Shown here: piece after piece, positions 24,172 through 37,200 of the stretch
Numbering within the stretch: position 1 is the first letter of the stretch
Layout: each line of letters opens with the position of its first letter
Source of the DNA: Utricularia gibba
Taxonomy: Eukaryota; Plantae; Magnoliophyta
Assembly (NCBI GenBank): GCA_002189035.1
Contig: NEEC01000045.1
Location: 1 to 38,221 of the forward strand
Direction: 5' to 3'
Length of the DNA stretch: 38,221 nt
Translations under genes and position numbers: made by a program
Notes under the pieces: model-generated
What the model was told of the DNA's origin: nothing
The model's input: only the letters and a program-made list of their open reading frames with translations
Database searches by the model: none

Positions 24172-25813
24172 TTGCATAACATGCAGATCCTTGCTCTTCA
24201 TAGCACACTGTTGGGAAGCCCTTTTCGAGCTCCAAGTATTATAATTTGGAGTTACGTTTGTCCGATAACTGTGGACATATTAAAAACAAGCCACAGGTGG
24301 CTGCGTCTAAGAATGTGCTTCTCGTTCTCGACATTGACAACGATCAAGATGGAAAAAAGTCACATGTTACATCATGAATTTCGTGGCTAATGGTCTTGCA
24401 TAACATGCAGATCCTTGCTCTTCATAGCACACTGTTGGGAAGCCCTTTTCGAGCTCCAAGTATTATAATTTGGAGTTACGTTTGTCCGATAACTGTGGAC
24501 ATATTAAAAAAGTGTCTCAACTGTTCTTCATGTTCTCGAAATGCATTCAAATAGCCACTAGAGACATGGTAATGGTGCATCAAGAATCAGAAGTATCATA
24601 GCAACTAAATGCATCAACATATGGTGTCAAATTCATGCGATCAAGTTGGAAAAAAGTCACATGTACATCATGAATTTCGTGGCATCACTGGGATATGCGT
24701 AAATATTTATTTTTAATGAATCCCGTGCACGTGTGATTTTTAGGATGCACCCCGAATGATGATGCGCAATGAAATGACTACGTCGCACATCCTGGTCCGC
24801 GAAGCACCTCTTGCATAACATGCAGATCCTTGCTCTTCATAGCACACTGTTGGGAAGCCCTTTTCGAGCTCCAAGTATTATAATTTGGAGTTACGTTTGT
24901 CCGATAACTGTGGACATATTAATAAAACACTGTCCTTCTCGGCATCGGCATTCATCTACTATGCGATCAAGTTGGAAAAAAGTCACATGTACATCATGAA
25001 TTTCGTGGCATCACTTATCCCAACACTGTTATACACTCTGGATATGCGTAAATATTTATTTTTAATGAATCCCGTGCACGTGTGATTTTTAGGATGCACC
25101 CCGAATGATGATGCGCAATGAAATGACTACGTCGCACATCCTGGTCCGCGAAGCACCTCTTGCATAACATGCAGATCCTTGCTCTTCATAGCACACTGTT
25201 GGGAAGCCCTTTTCGAGCTCCAAGTATTATAATTTGGAGTTACGTTTGTCCGATAACTGTGGACATATTAAAAACAAGCCACAACGAAAAGTGTCAACTA
25301 ACGTGCTTCTCGTTGCGACATTGATGCAAATGTGGGCGGCCCACTCTGGTGTATGGAATGGTGCATCAAGCAGATCAGGTAAAGGCATAACTACATTTAT
25401 CACAACAGTGTATCAAACTTCATCGGATATGCGATCAAGATGGAAAAAAGTCACATGCCATCATGAATTTCGTGGATACATTAATCAACACAGCTAATAC
25501 TTTTTCATCTCCGGTGTCAGCCCTCGGATGGCCAATCTGCTCGTCGCACATCCTGGTCTACATGCAGATCCTTGCTCTTCATAGCACACTGTTGGGAAGC
25601 AGCTCCAAGGGAGTTACATAACTGTGGACATATTATACAACACTATACGGTGGTCCGAATCAGAAGTATCATAGCAACTAAATGCATCAACAGAATGCGA
25701 TCAAGTCACATGCGAATTTCATCGTGGATATGCGTAAATAGAATCACGTGCACCCCGAATGATGATGCGCAATGAAATGACTACGTCGCACATCCTGGTC
25801 CGCGAAGCACCTC
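24172..25813. other. Cluster of five short or degraded repeat units
   Basis: Cores at 24172, 24396, 24811, 25160 and ~25560. The core is largely intact (damaged only in the ~25560 copy), while the variable parts are deleted or garbled, with noisy sequence at 25330-25700. Confidence 0.85.
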
Positions 25814-27397
25814 TTGCATAACATGCAGATCCTTGCTCTTCATAGCACACTGTTGGGAAGCCCTTTTCGAGCTCCAAGTATTATAATTTGGAGTTACGTT
25901 TGTCCGATAACTGTGGACATATTAAAAACAAGCCACAACGAAAAGTGTCTTAGGTGTCCTTTCTTGGTGGCTGCGTCTAAGAATGTGCTTCTCGTTCTCG
26001 ACATTGATGCAAATGGGATACACGGCAAAAGAATCAAATAGCCACTAGAGACATGGTGTATGGGAATGGTGCATCAAGAATCAGAAGTATCATAGCAACT
26101 AATTGAATCAATCAACAGCCAAAACATATGGTGTCAAACTTCATCGGATATGCGATCAAGATGGAAAAAAGTCACATGTTACATCATGAATTTCGTGGCA
26201 TCACTTATCCCAACACTGTTGGATATGCGTAAATATTTATTTTTAACAATCCGTGCACGTGTGATTTTTCGGCTGCACCCCGAATGATGATGCGCAATGA
26301 AATGACTACGTCGCACATCCTGGTCCGCGAAGCACCTCTTGCATAACATGCAGATCCTTGCTCTTCATAGCACACTGTTGGGAAGCCCTTTTCGAGCTCC
26401 AAGTATTATAATTTGGAGTTACGTTTGTCCGATAACTGTGGACATATTAAAAAAGGGCCACAACGAAAGGTGTCTCACGTGGCATTCCGTGGTGACTGCA
26501 TTTAATAATGTGCTTCATGTTCTCGAAATTGATGCGAACAACATACAAGGCAAAAGAATCAAATAGCCACTAGAGACATGGTATACGGGAATGGTGCATC
26601 AAGAATCAGAAGTATCATAGCAACTAAATGCATCAACATATGGTGTCAGAATTCATCTACTATGCGATCAAGTTGGAAAAAAGTCACATGCTACATCATG
26701 AATTTCGTGGCATCACTTATCCCAACACTGTTATACACTCTGGATATGCGTAAATATTTATTTTTAATGAATCCCGTGCACGTGTGATTTTTAGGATGCA
26801 CCCCGAATGATGATGCGCAATGAAATGACTACGTCGCACATCCTGGTCCGCGAAGCACCTCTTGCATAACATGCAGATCCTTGCTCTTCATAGCACACTG
26901 TTGGGAAGCCCTTTTCGAGCTCCAAGTATTATAATTTGGAGTTACGTTTGTCCGATAACTGTGGACATATTAAAAACAAGCCACAACGAAAAGTGTCTTA
27001 GGTGTCCTTTCTTGGTGGCTGCGTCTAAGAATGTGCTTCTCGTTCTCGACATTGATGCAAATGGGATACACGGCAAAAGAATCAAATAGCCACTAGAGAC
27101 ATGGTGTATGGGAATGGTGCATCAAGAATCAGAAGTATCATAGCAACTAATTGAATCAATCAACAGCCAAAACATATGGTGTCAAACTTCATCGGATATG
27201 CGATCAAGATGGAAAAAAGTCACATGTTACATCATGAATTTCGTGGCATCACTTATCCCAACACTGTTGTATACTCAGGATATGCGTAAATATTTATTTT
27301 TAACAAATCCGGTGCACGTGTGATTTTTCGGCTGCATCCCGAATGGTGATGCGCAATGAAATGACTACGTCGCACATCCTGGTCCGCGAAGCACCTC

Positions 27398-27883
27398 TTG
27401 CATAACATGCAGATCCTTGCTCTTCATAGCACACTGTTGGGAAGCCCTTTTCGAGCTCCAAGTATTATAATTTGGAGTTACGTTTGTCCGATAACTGTGG
27501 ACATATTAAAAAAGTAAACATCAACGTGGCAAGGCTAGCATGCCATCAATCAGCATAGCAACTAAATGCATTCACAGATGGCACCTTGCTCTTCATAGCA
27601 CACTGTTGGGAAGCCCTTTTCGAGCTCCAAGTATTATAATTTGGAGTTACGTTTGTCCGATAACTGTGGTAATAACAACTTGGTGCGCAATTATCATTAC
27701 GCAGCATGTCAAGCACATGCGAATTTCGTGGCATCACTTATCCCAACACTGTTATACGGATATTAAATATTTATTTTTATGAATCGCACGTGTTGGATCA
27801 CATGCTGAATTTCGATGCACTCCCGAATGGATGCATGCGCAATGAAATGACTACGTCGCACATCCTGGTCCGCGAAGCACCTC
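27398..27883. other. Degraded A-slot unit with an internal second partial core
   Basis: The core at 27398 is followed by ~70 bp of garbled sequence. A second CCTTGCTCTTCATAGC...GATAACTGTGG copy follows at 27584-27669, then noisy repeat-like sequence. Confidence 0.8.
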
Positions 27884-30800
27884 TTGCATAACATGCAGAT
27901 CCTTGCTCTTCATAGCACACTGTTGGGAAGCCCTTTTCGAGCTCCAAGTATTATAATTTGGAGTTACGTTTGTCCGATAACTGTGGACATATTAAAAACA
28001 AGCCACAACGAAAAGTGTCTTAGGTGTCCTTTCTTGGTGGCTGCGTCTAAGAATGTGCTTCTCGTTCTCGACATTGATGCAAATGGGATACACGGCAAAA
28101 GAATCAAATAGCCACTAGAGACATGGTGTATGGGAATGGTGCATCAAGAATCAGAAGTATCATAGCAACTAATTGAATCAATCAACAGCCAAAACATATG
28201 GTGTCAAACTTCATCGGATATGCGATCAAGATGGAAAAAAGTCACATGTTACATCATGAATTTCGTGGCATCACTTATCCCAACACTGTTGTATACTCAG
28301 GATATGCGTAAATATTTATTTTTAACAAATCCGGTGCACGTGTGATTTTTCGGCTGCATCCCGAATGGTGATGCGCAATGAAATGACTACGTCGCACATC
28401 CTGGTCCGCGAAACACCTCTTGCATAACATGCAGATCCTTGCTCTTCATAGCACACTGTTGGGAAGCCCTTTTCGAGCTCCAAGTATTATAATTTGGAGT
28501 TACGTTTGTCCGATAACTGTGGACATATTAAAAAAGGGCCACAACGAAAGGTGTCTCACGTGGCATTCCGTGGTGACTGCATTTAATAATGTGCTTCATG
28601 TTCTCGAAATTGATGCGAACAACATACAAGGCAAAAGAATCAAATAGCCACTAGAGACATGGTATACGGGAATGGTGCATCAAGAATCAGAAGTATCATA
28701 GCAACTAAATGCATCAACATATGGTGTCAGAATTCATCTACTATGCGATCAAGTTGGAAAAAAGTCACATGCTACATCATGAATTTCGTGGCATCACTTA
28801 TCCCAACACTGTTATACACTCTGGATATGCGTAAATATTTATTTTTAATGAATCCCGTGCACGTGTGATTTTTAGGATGCACCCCGAATGATGATGCGCA
28901 ATGAAATGACTACGTCGCACATCCTGGTCCGCGAAGCACCTCTTGCATAACATGCAGATCCTTGCTCTTCATAGCACACTGTTGGGAAGCCCTTTTCGAG
29001 CTCCAAGTATTATAATTTGGAGTTACGTTTGTCCGATAACTGTGGACATATTAAAAACAAGCCACAACGAAAAGTGTCTTAGGTGTCCTTTCTTGGTGGC
29101 TGCGTCTAAGAATGTGCTTCTCGTTCTCGACATTGATGCAAATGGGATACACGGCAAAAGAATCAAATAGCCACTAGAGACATGGTGTATGGGAATGGTG
29201 CATCAAGAATCAGAAGTATCATAGCAACTAATTGAATCAATCAACAGCCAAAACATATGGTGTCAAACTTCATCGGATATGCGATCAAGATGGAAAAAAG
29301 TCACATGTTACATCATGAATTTCGTGGCATCACTTATCCCAACACTGTTGTATACTCAGGATATGCGTAAATATTTATTTTTAACAAATCCGGTGCACGT
29401 GTGATTTTTCGGCTGCATCCCGAATGGTGATGCGCAATGAAATGACTACGTCGCACATCCTGGTCCGCGAAACACCTCTTGCATAACATGCAGATCCTTG
29501 CTCTTCATAGCACACTGTTGGGAAGCCCTTTTCGAGCTCCAAGTATTATAATTTGGAGTTACGTTTGTCCGATAACTGTGGACATATTAAAAAAGGGCCA
29601 CAACGAAAGGTGTCTCACGTGGCATTCCGTGGTGACTGCATTTAATAATGTGCTTCATGTTCTCGAAATTGATGCGAACAACATACAAGGCAAAAGAATC
29701 AAATAGCCACTAGAGACATGGTATACGGGAATGGTGCATCAAGAATCAGAAGTATCATAGCAACTAAATGCATCAACATATGGTGTCAGAATTCATCTAC
29801 TATGCGATCAAGTTGGAAAAAAGTCACATGCTACATCATGAATTTCGTGGCATCACTTATCCCAACACTGTTATACACTCTGGATATGCGTAAATATTTA
29901 TTTTTAATGAATCCCGTGCACGTGTGATTTTTAGGATGCACCCCGAATGATGATGCGCAATGAAATGACTACGTCGCACATCCTGGTCCGCGAAGCACCT
30001 CTTGCATAACATGCAGATCCTTGCTCTTCATAGCACACTGTTGGGAAGCCCTTTTCGAGCTCCAAGTATTATAATTTGGAGTTACGTTTGTCCGATAACT
30101 GTGGACATATTAAAAACAAGCCACAACGAAAAGTGTCTTAGGTGTCCTTTCTTGGTGGCTGCGTCTAAGAATGTGCTTCTCGTTCTCGACATTGATGCAA
30201 ATGGGATACACGGCAAAAGAATCAAATAGCCACTAGAGACATGGTGTATGGGAATGGTGCATCAAGAATCAGAAGTATCATAGCAACTAATTGAATCAAT
30301 CAACAGCCAAAACATATGGTGTCAAACTTCATCGGATATGCGATCAAGATGGAAAAAAGTCACATGTTACATCATGAATTTCGTGGCATCACTTATCCCA
30401 ACACTGTTGTATACTCAGGATATGCGTAAATATTTATTTTTAACAAATCCGGTGCACGTGTGATTTTTCGGCTGCATCCCGAATGGTGATGCGCAATGAA
30501 ATGACTACGTCGCACATCCTGGTCCGCGAAGCACCTCTTGCATAACATGCAGATCCTTGCTCTTCATAGCACACTGTTGGGAAGCCCTTTTCGAGCTCCA
30601 AGTATTATAATTTGGAGTTACGTTTGTCCGATAACTGTGGACATATTAAAAAAGGGCCACAACGAAAGGTGTCTCACGTGGCATTCCGTGGTGACTGCAT
30701 TTAATAATGTGCTTCATGTTCTCGAAATTGATGCGAACAACATACAAGGCAAAAGAATCAAATAGCCACTAGAGACATGGTATACGGGAATGGTGCATCA

Positions 30801-33178
30801 AGAATCAGAAGTATCATAGCAACTAAATGCATCAACATATGGTGTCAGAATTCATCTACTATGCGATCAAGTTGGAAAAAAGTCACATGCTACATCATGA
30901 ATTTCGTGGCATCACTTATCCCAACACTGTTATACACTCTGGATATGCGTAAATATTTATTTTTAATGAATCCCGTGCACGTGTGATTTTTAGGATGCAC
31001 CCCGAATGATGATGCGCAATGAAATGACTACGTCGCACATCCTGGTCCGCGAAGCACCTCTTGCATAACATGCAGATCCTTGCTCTTCATAGCACACTGT
31101 TGGGAAGCCCTTTTCGAGCTCCAAGTATTATAATTTGGAGTTACGTTTGTCCGATAACTGTGGACATATTAAAAACAAGCCACAACGAAAAGTGTCTTAG
31201 GTGTCCTTTCTTGGTGGCTGCGTCTAAGAATGTGCTTCTCGTTCTCGACATTGATGCAAATGGGATACACGGCAAAAGAATCAAATAGCCACTAGAGACA
31301 TGGTGTATGGGAATGGTGCATCAAGAATCAGAAGTATCATAGCAACTAATTGAATCAATCAACAGCCAAAACATATGGTGTCAAACTTCATCGGATATGC
31401 GATCAAGATGGAAAAAAGTCACATGTTACATCATGAATTTCGTGGCATCACTTATCCCAACACTGTTGTATACTCAGGATATGCGTAAATATTTATTTTT
31501 AACAAATCCGGTGCACGTGTGATTTTTCGGCTGCATCCCGAATGGTGATGCGCAATGAAATGACTACGTCGCACATCCTGGTCCGCGAAACACCTCTTGC
31601 ATAACATGCAGATCCTTGCTCTTCATAGCACACTGTTGGGAAGCCCTTTTCGAGCTCCAAGTATTATAATTTGGAGTTACGTTTGTCCGATAACTGTGGA
31701 CATATTAAAAAAGGGCCACAACGAAAGGTGTCTCACGTGGCATTCCGTGGTGACTGCATTTAATAATGTGCTTCATGTTCTCGAAATTGATGCGAACAAC
31801 ATACAAGGCAAAAGAATCAAATAGCCACTAGAGACATGGTATACGGGAATGGTGCATCAAGAATCAGAAGTATCATAGCAACTAAATGCATCAACATATG
31901 GTGTCAGAATTCATCTACTATGCGATCAAGTTGGAAAAAAGTCACATGCTACATCATGAATTTCGTGGCATCACTTATCCCAACACTGTTATACACTCTG
32001 GATATGCGTAAATATTTATTTTTAATGAATCCCGTGCACGTGTGATTTTTAGGATGCACCCCGAATGATGATGCGCAATGAAATGACTACGTCGCACATC
32101 CTGGTCCGCGAAGCACCTCTTGCATAACATGCAGATCCTTGCTCTTCATAGCACACTGTTGGGAAGCCCTTTTCGAGCTCCAAGTATTATAATTTGGAGT
32201 TACGTTTGTCCGATAACTGTGGACATATTAAAAACAAGCCACAACGAAAAGTGTCTTAGGTGTCCTTTCTTGGTGGCTGCGTCTAAGAATGTGCTTCTCG
32301 TTCTCGACATTGATGCAAATGGGATACACGGCAAAAGAATCAAATAGCCACTAGAGACATGGTGTATGGGAATGGTGCATCAAGAATCAGAAGTATCATA
32401 GCAACTAATTGAATCAATCAACAGCCAAAACATATGGTGTCAAACTTCATCGGATATGCGATCAAGATGGAAAAAAGTCACATGTTACATCATGAATTTC
32501 GTGGCATCACTTATCCCAACACTGTTGTATACTCAGGATATGCGTAAATATTTATTTTTAACAAATCCGGTGCACGTGTGATTTTTCGGCTGCATCCCGA
32601 ATGGTGATGCGCAATGAAATGACTACGTCGCACATCCTGGTCCGCGAAACACCTCTTGCATAACATGCAGATCCTTGCTCTTCATAGCACACTGTTGGGA
32701 AGCCCTTTTCGAGCTCCAAGTATTATAATTTGGAGTTACGTTTGTCCGATAACTGTGGACATATTAAAAAAGGGCCACAACGAAAGGTGTCTCACGTGGC
32801 ATTCCGTGGTGACTGCATTTAATAATGTGCTTCATGTTCTCGAAATTGATGCGAACAACATACAAGGCAAAAGAATCAAATAGCCACTAGAGACATGGTA
32901 TACGGGAATGGTGCATCAAGAATCAGAAGTATCATAGCAACTAAATGCATCAACATATGGTGTCAGAATTCATCTACTATGCGATCAAGTTGGAAAAAAG
33001 TCACATGCTACATCATGAATTTCGTGGCATCACTTATCCCAACACTGTTATACACTCTGGATATGCGTAAATATTTATTTTTAATGAATCCCGTGCACGT
33101 GTGATTTTTAGGATGCACCCCGAATGATGATGCGCAATGAAATGACTACGTCGCACATCCTGGTCCGCGAAGCACCTC
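27884..33178. repeat. Regular (BA)n block, exact 1,059-bp period
   Basis: B core at 27884, then A cores at 28420, 29479, 30538, 31597 and 32656, with B cores at +523. Confidence 0.95.
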
Positions 33179-33900
33179 TTGCATAACATGCAGATCCTTG
33201 CTCTTCATAGCACACTGTTGGGAAGCCCTTTTCGAGCTCCAAGTATTATAATTTGGAGTTACGTTTGTCCGATAACTGTGGACATATTAAAAACAAGCCA
33301 CAACGAAAGAATTGTCTTAGGTGTCCACGTTGGTGGCTGCGTCTACGTGTGCTTCTCGTTCTCGACATTGATGCATAATGGGATAGCACGGCAACATAAT
33401 AGCCACTAGAAGACACATCAAATGTATGGAGACATGGTGCATCAAGAATCAGAAGTATCATAGCAACTAAAATCAATCAACATATGGTGTCAAATTCATC
33501 TATATGCGATCAAGATGGAAAAAAGTCACATGTTACATCATGAATTTCGTGGCATCACTTATCCCAACACTGTTGTATACTCAGGATATGCGTAAATATT
33601 TATTTTTAACAATCCGTGCACGTGTGATTTTTAGGATGCACCCGAATGATGATGCGCAATGAAATGACTACGTCGCACATCCTGGTCCGCGAAGCACCTC
33701 TTGCATAACATGCAGATCCTTGCTCTTCATAGCACACTGTTGGGAAGCCCTTTTCGAGCTCCAAGTATTATAATTTGGAGTTACGTTTGTCCGATAACTG
33801 TGGACATATTAAAAAAAGCCACAACGAAAGTGTCTTAGGTGTCCTTCTTGGTGGCTGCGTTAATAATGTGCTTCATGTTCTCGAAATTGATGCGAACAAC
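33179..33900. other. Degraded B unit followed by a B/A hybrid unit
   Basis: Garbled B variable region at 33309-33480. The unit at 33701 starts B-like (GTGTCTTAGGTGTCCTTCTTGGTGGCTGCG) and switches to A alleles (TAATAATGTGCTTCATG). Confidence 0.8.
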
Positions 33901-34219
33901 ATACAAGGCAAAAGAATCAAATAGCCACTAGAGACATGGTATACGGGAATGGTGCATCAAGAATCAGAAGTATCATAGCAACTAAATGCATCAACATATG
34001 GTGTCAGAATTCATCTACTATGCGATCAAGTTGGAAAAAAGTCACATGCTACATCATGAATTTCGTGGCATCACTTATCCCAACACTGTTATACACTCTG
34101 GATATGCGTAAATATTTATTTTTAATGAATCCCGTGCACGTGTGATTTTTAGGATGCACCCCGAATGATGATGCGCAATGAAATGACTACGTCGCACATC
34201 CTGGTCCGCGAAGCACCTC

Positions 34220-37200
34220 TTGCATAACATGCAGATCCTTGCTCTTCATAGCACACTGTTGGGAAGCCCTTTTCGAGCTCCAAGTATTATAATTTGGAGT
34301 TACGTTTGTCCGATAACTGTGGACATATTAAAAACAAGCCACAACGAAAAGTGTCTTAGGTGTCCTTTCTTGGTGGCTGCGTCTAAGAATGTGCTTCTCG
34401 TTCTCGACATTGATGCAAATGGGATACACGGCAAAAGAATCAAATAGCCACTAGAGACATGGTGTATGGGAATGGTGCATCAAGAATCAGAAGTATCATA
34501 GCAACTAATTGAATCAATCAACAGCCAAAACATATGGTGTCAAACTTCATCGGATATGCGATCAAGATGGAAAAAAGTCACATGTTACATCATGAATTTC
34601 GTGGCATCACTTATCCCAACACTGTTGTATACTCAGGATATGCGTAAATATTTATTTTTAACAAATCCGTGCACGTGTGATTTTTCGGCTGCATCCCGAA
34701 TGGTGATGCGCAATGAAATGACTACGTCGCACATCCTGGTCCGCGAAACACCTCTTGCATAACATGCAGATCCTTGCTCTTCATAGCACACTGTTGGGAA
34801 GCCCTTTTCGAGCTCCAAGTATTATAATTTGGAGTTACGTTTGTCCGATAACTGTGGACATATTAAAAAAGGGCCACAACGAAAGGTGTCTCACGTGGCA
34901 TTCCGTGGTGACTGCATTTAATAATGTGCTTCATGTTCTCGAAATTGATGCGAACAACATACAAGGCAAAAGAATCAAATAGCCACTAGAGACATGGTAT
35001 ACGGGAATGGTGCATCAAGAATCAGAAGTATCATAGCAACTAAATGCATCAACATATGGTGTCAGAATTCATCTACTATGCGATCAAGTTGGAAAAAAGT
35101 CACATGCTACATCATGAATTTCGTGGCATCACTTATCCCAACACTGTTATACACTCTGGATATGCGTAAATATTTATTTTTAATGAATCCCGTGCACGTG
35201 TGATTTTTAGGATGCACCCCGAATGATGATGCGCAATGAAATGACTACGTCGCACATCCTGGTCCGCGAAGCACCTCTTGCATAACATGCAGATCCTTGC
35301 TCTTCATAGCACACTGTTGGGAAGCCCTTTTCGAGCTCCAAGTATTATAATTTGGAGTTACGTTTGTCCGATAACTGTGGACATATTAAAAACAAGCCAC
35401 AACGAAAAGTGTCTTAGGTGTCCTTTCTTGGTGGCTGCGTCTAAGAATGTGCTTCTCGTTCTCGACATTGATGCAAATGGGATACACGGCAAAAGAATCA
35501 AATAGCCACTAGAGACATGGTGTATGGGAATGGTGCATCAAGAATCAGAAGTATCATAGCAACTAATTGAATCAATCAACAGCCAAAACATATGGTGTCA
35601 AACTTCATCGGATATGCGATCAAGATGGAAAAAAGTCACATGTTACATCATGAATTTCGTGGCATCACTTATCCCAACACTGTTGTATACTCAGGATATG
35701 CGTAAATATTTATTTTTAACAAATCCGTGCACGTGTGATTTTTCGGCTGCATCCCGAATGGTGATGCGCAATGAAATGACTACGTCGCACATCCTGGTCC
35801 GCGAAACACCTCTTGCATAACATGCAGATCCTTGCTCTTCATAGCACACTGTTGGGAAGCCCTTTTCGAGCTCCAAGTATTATAATTTGGAGTTACGTTT
35901 GTCCGATAACTGTGGACATATTAAAAAAGGGCCACAACGAAAGGTGTCTCACGTGGCATTCCGTGGTGACTGCATTTAATAATGTGCTTCATGTTCTCGA
36001 AATTGATGCGAACAACATACAAGGCAAAAGAATCAAATAGCCACTAGAGACATGGTATACGGGAATGGTGCATCAAGAATCAGAAGTATCATAGCAACTA
36101 AATGCATCAACATATGGTGTCAGAATTCATCTACTATGCGATCAAGTTGGAAAAAAGTCACATGCTACATCATGAATTTCGTGGCATCACTTATCCCAAC
36201 ACTGTTATACACTCTGGATATGCGTAAATATTTATTTTTAATGAATCCCGTGCACGTGTGATTTTTAGGATGCACCCCGAATGATGATGCGCAATGAAAT
36301 GACTACGTCGCACATCCTGGTCCGCGAAGCACCTCTTGCATAACATGCAGATCCTTGCTCTTCATAGCACACTGTTGGGAAGCCCTTTTCGAGCTCCAAG
36401 TATTATAATTTGGAGTTACGTTTGTCCGATAACTGTGGACATATTAAAAACAAGCCACAACGAAAAGTGTCTTAGGTGTCCTTTCTTGGTGGCTGCGTCT
36501 AAGAATGTGCTTCTCGTTCTCGACATTGATGCAAATGGGATACACGGCAAAAGAATCAAATAGCCACTAGAGACATGGTGTATGGGAATGGTGCATCAAG
36601 AATCAGAAGTATCATAGCAACTAATTGAATCAATCAACAGCCAAAACATATGGTGTCAAACTTCATCGGATATGCGATCAAGATGGAAAAAAGTCACATG
36701 TTACATCATGAATTTCGTGGCATCACTTATCCCAACACTGTTATACTCAGGATATGCGTAAATATTTATTTTTAACAAATCCGGTGCACGTGTGATTTTT
36801 CGGCTGCATCCCGAATGGTGATGCGCAATGAAATGACTACGTCGCACATCCTGGTCCGCGAAACACCTCTTGCATAACATGCAGATCCTTGCTCTTCATA
36901 GCACACTGTTGGGAAGCCCTTTTCGAGCTCCAAGTATTATAATTTGGAGTTACGTTTGTCCGATAACTGTGGACATATTAAAAAAAGGGCCACAACGAAA
37001 GGTGTCTCACGTGGCATTCCGTGGTGACTGCATTTAATAATGTGCTTCATGTTCTCGAAATTGATGCGAACAACATACAAGGCAAAAGAATCAAATAGCC
37101 ACTAGAGACATGGTATACGGGAATGGTGCATCAAGAATCAGAAGTATCATAGCAACTAAATGCATCAACATATGGTGTCAGAATTCATCTACTATGCGAT

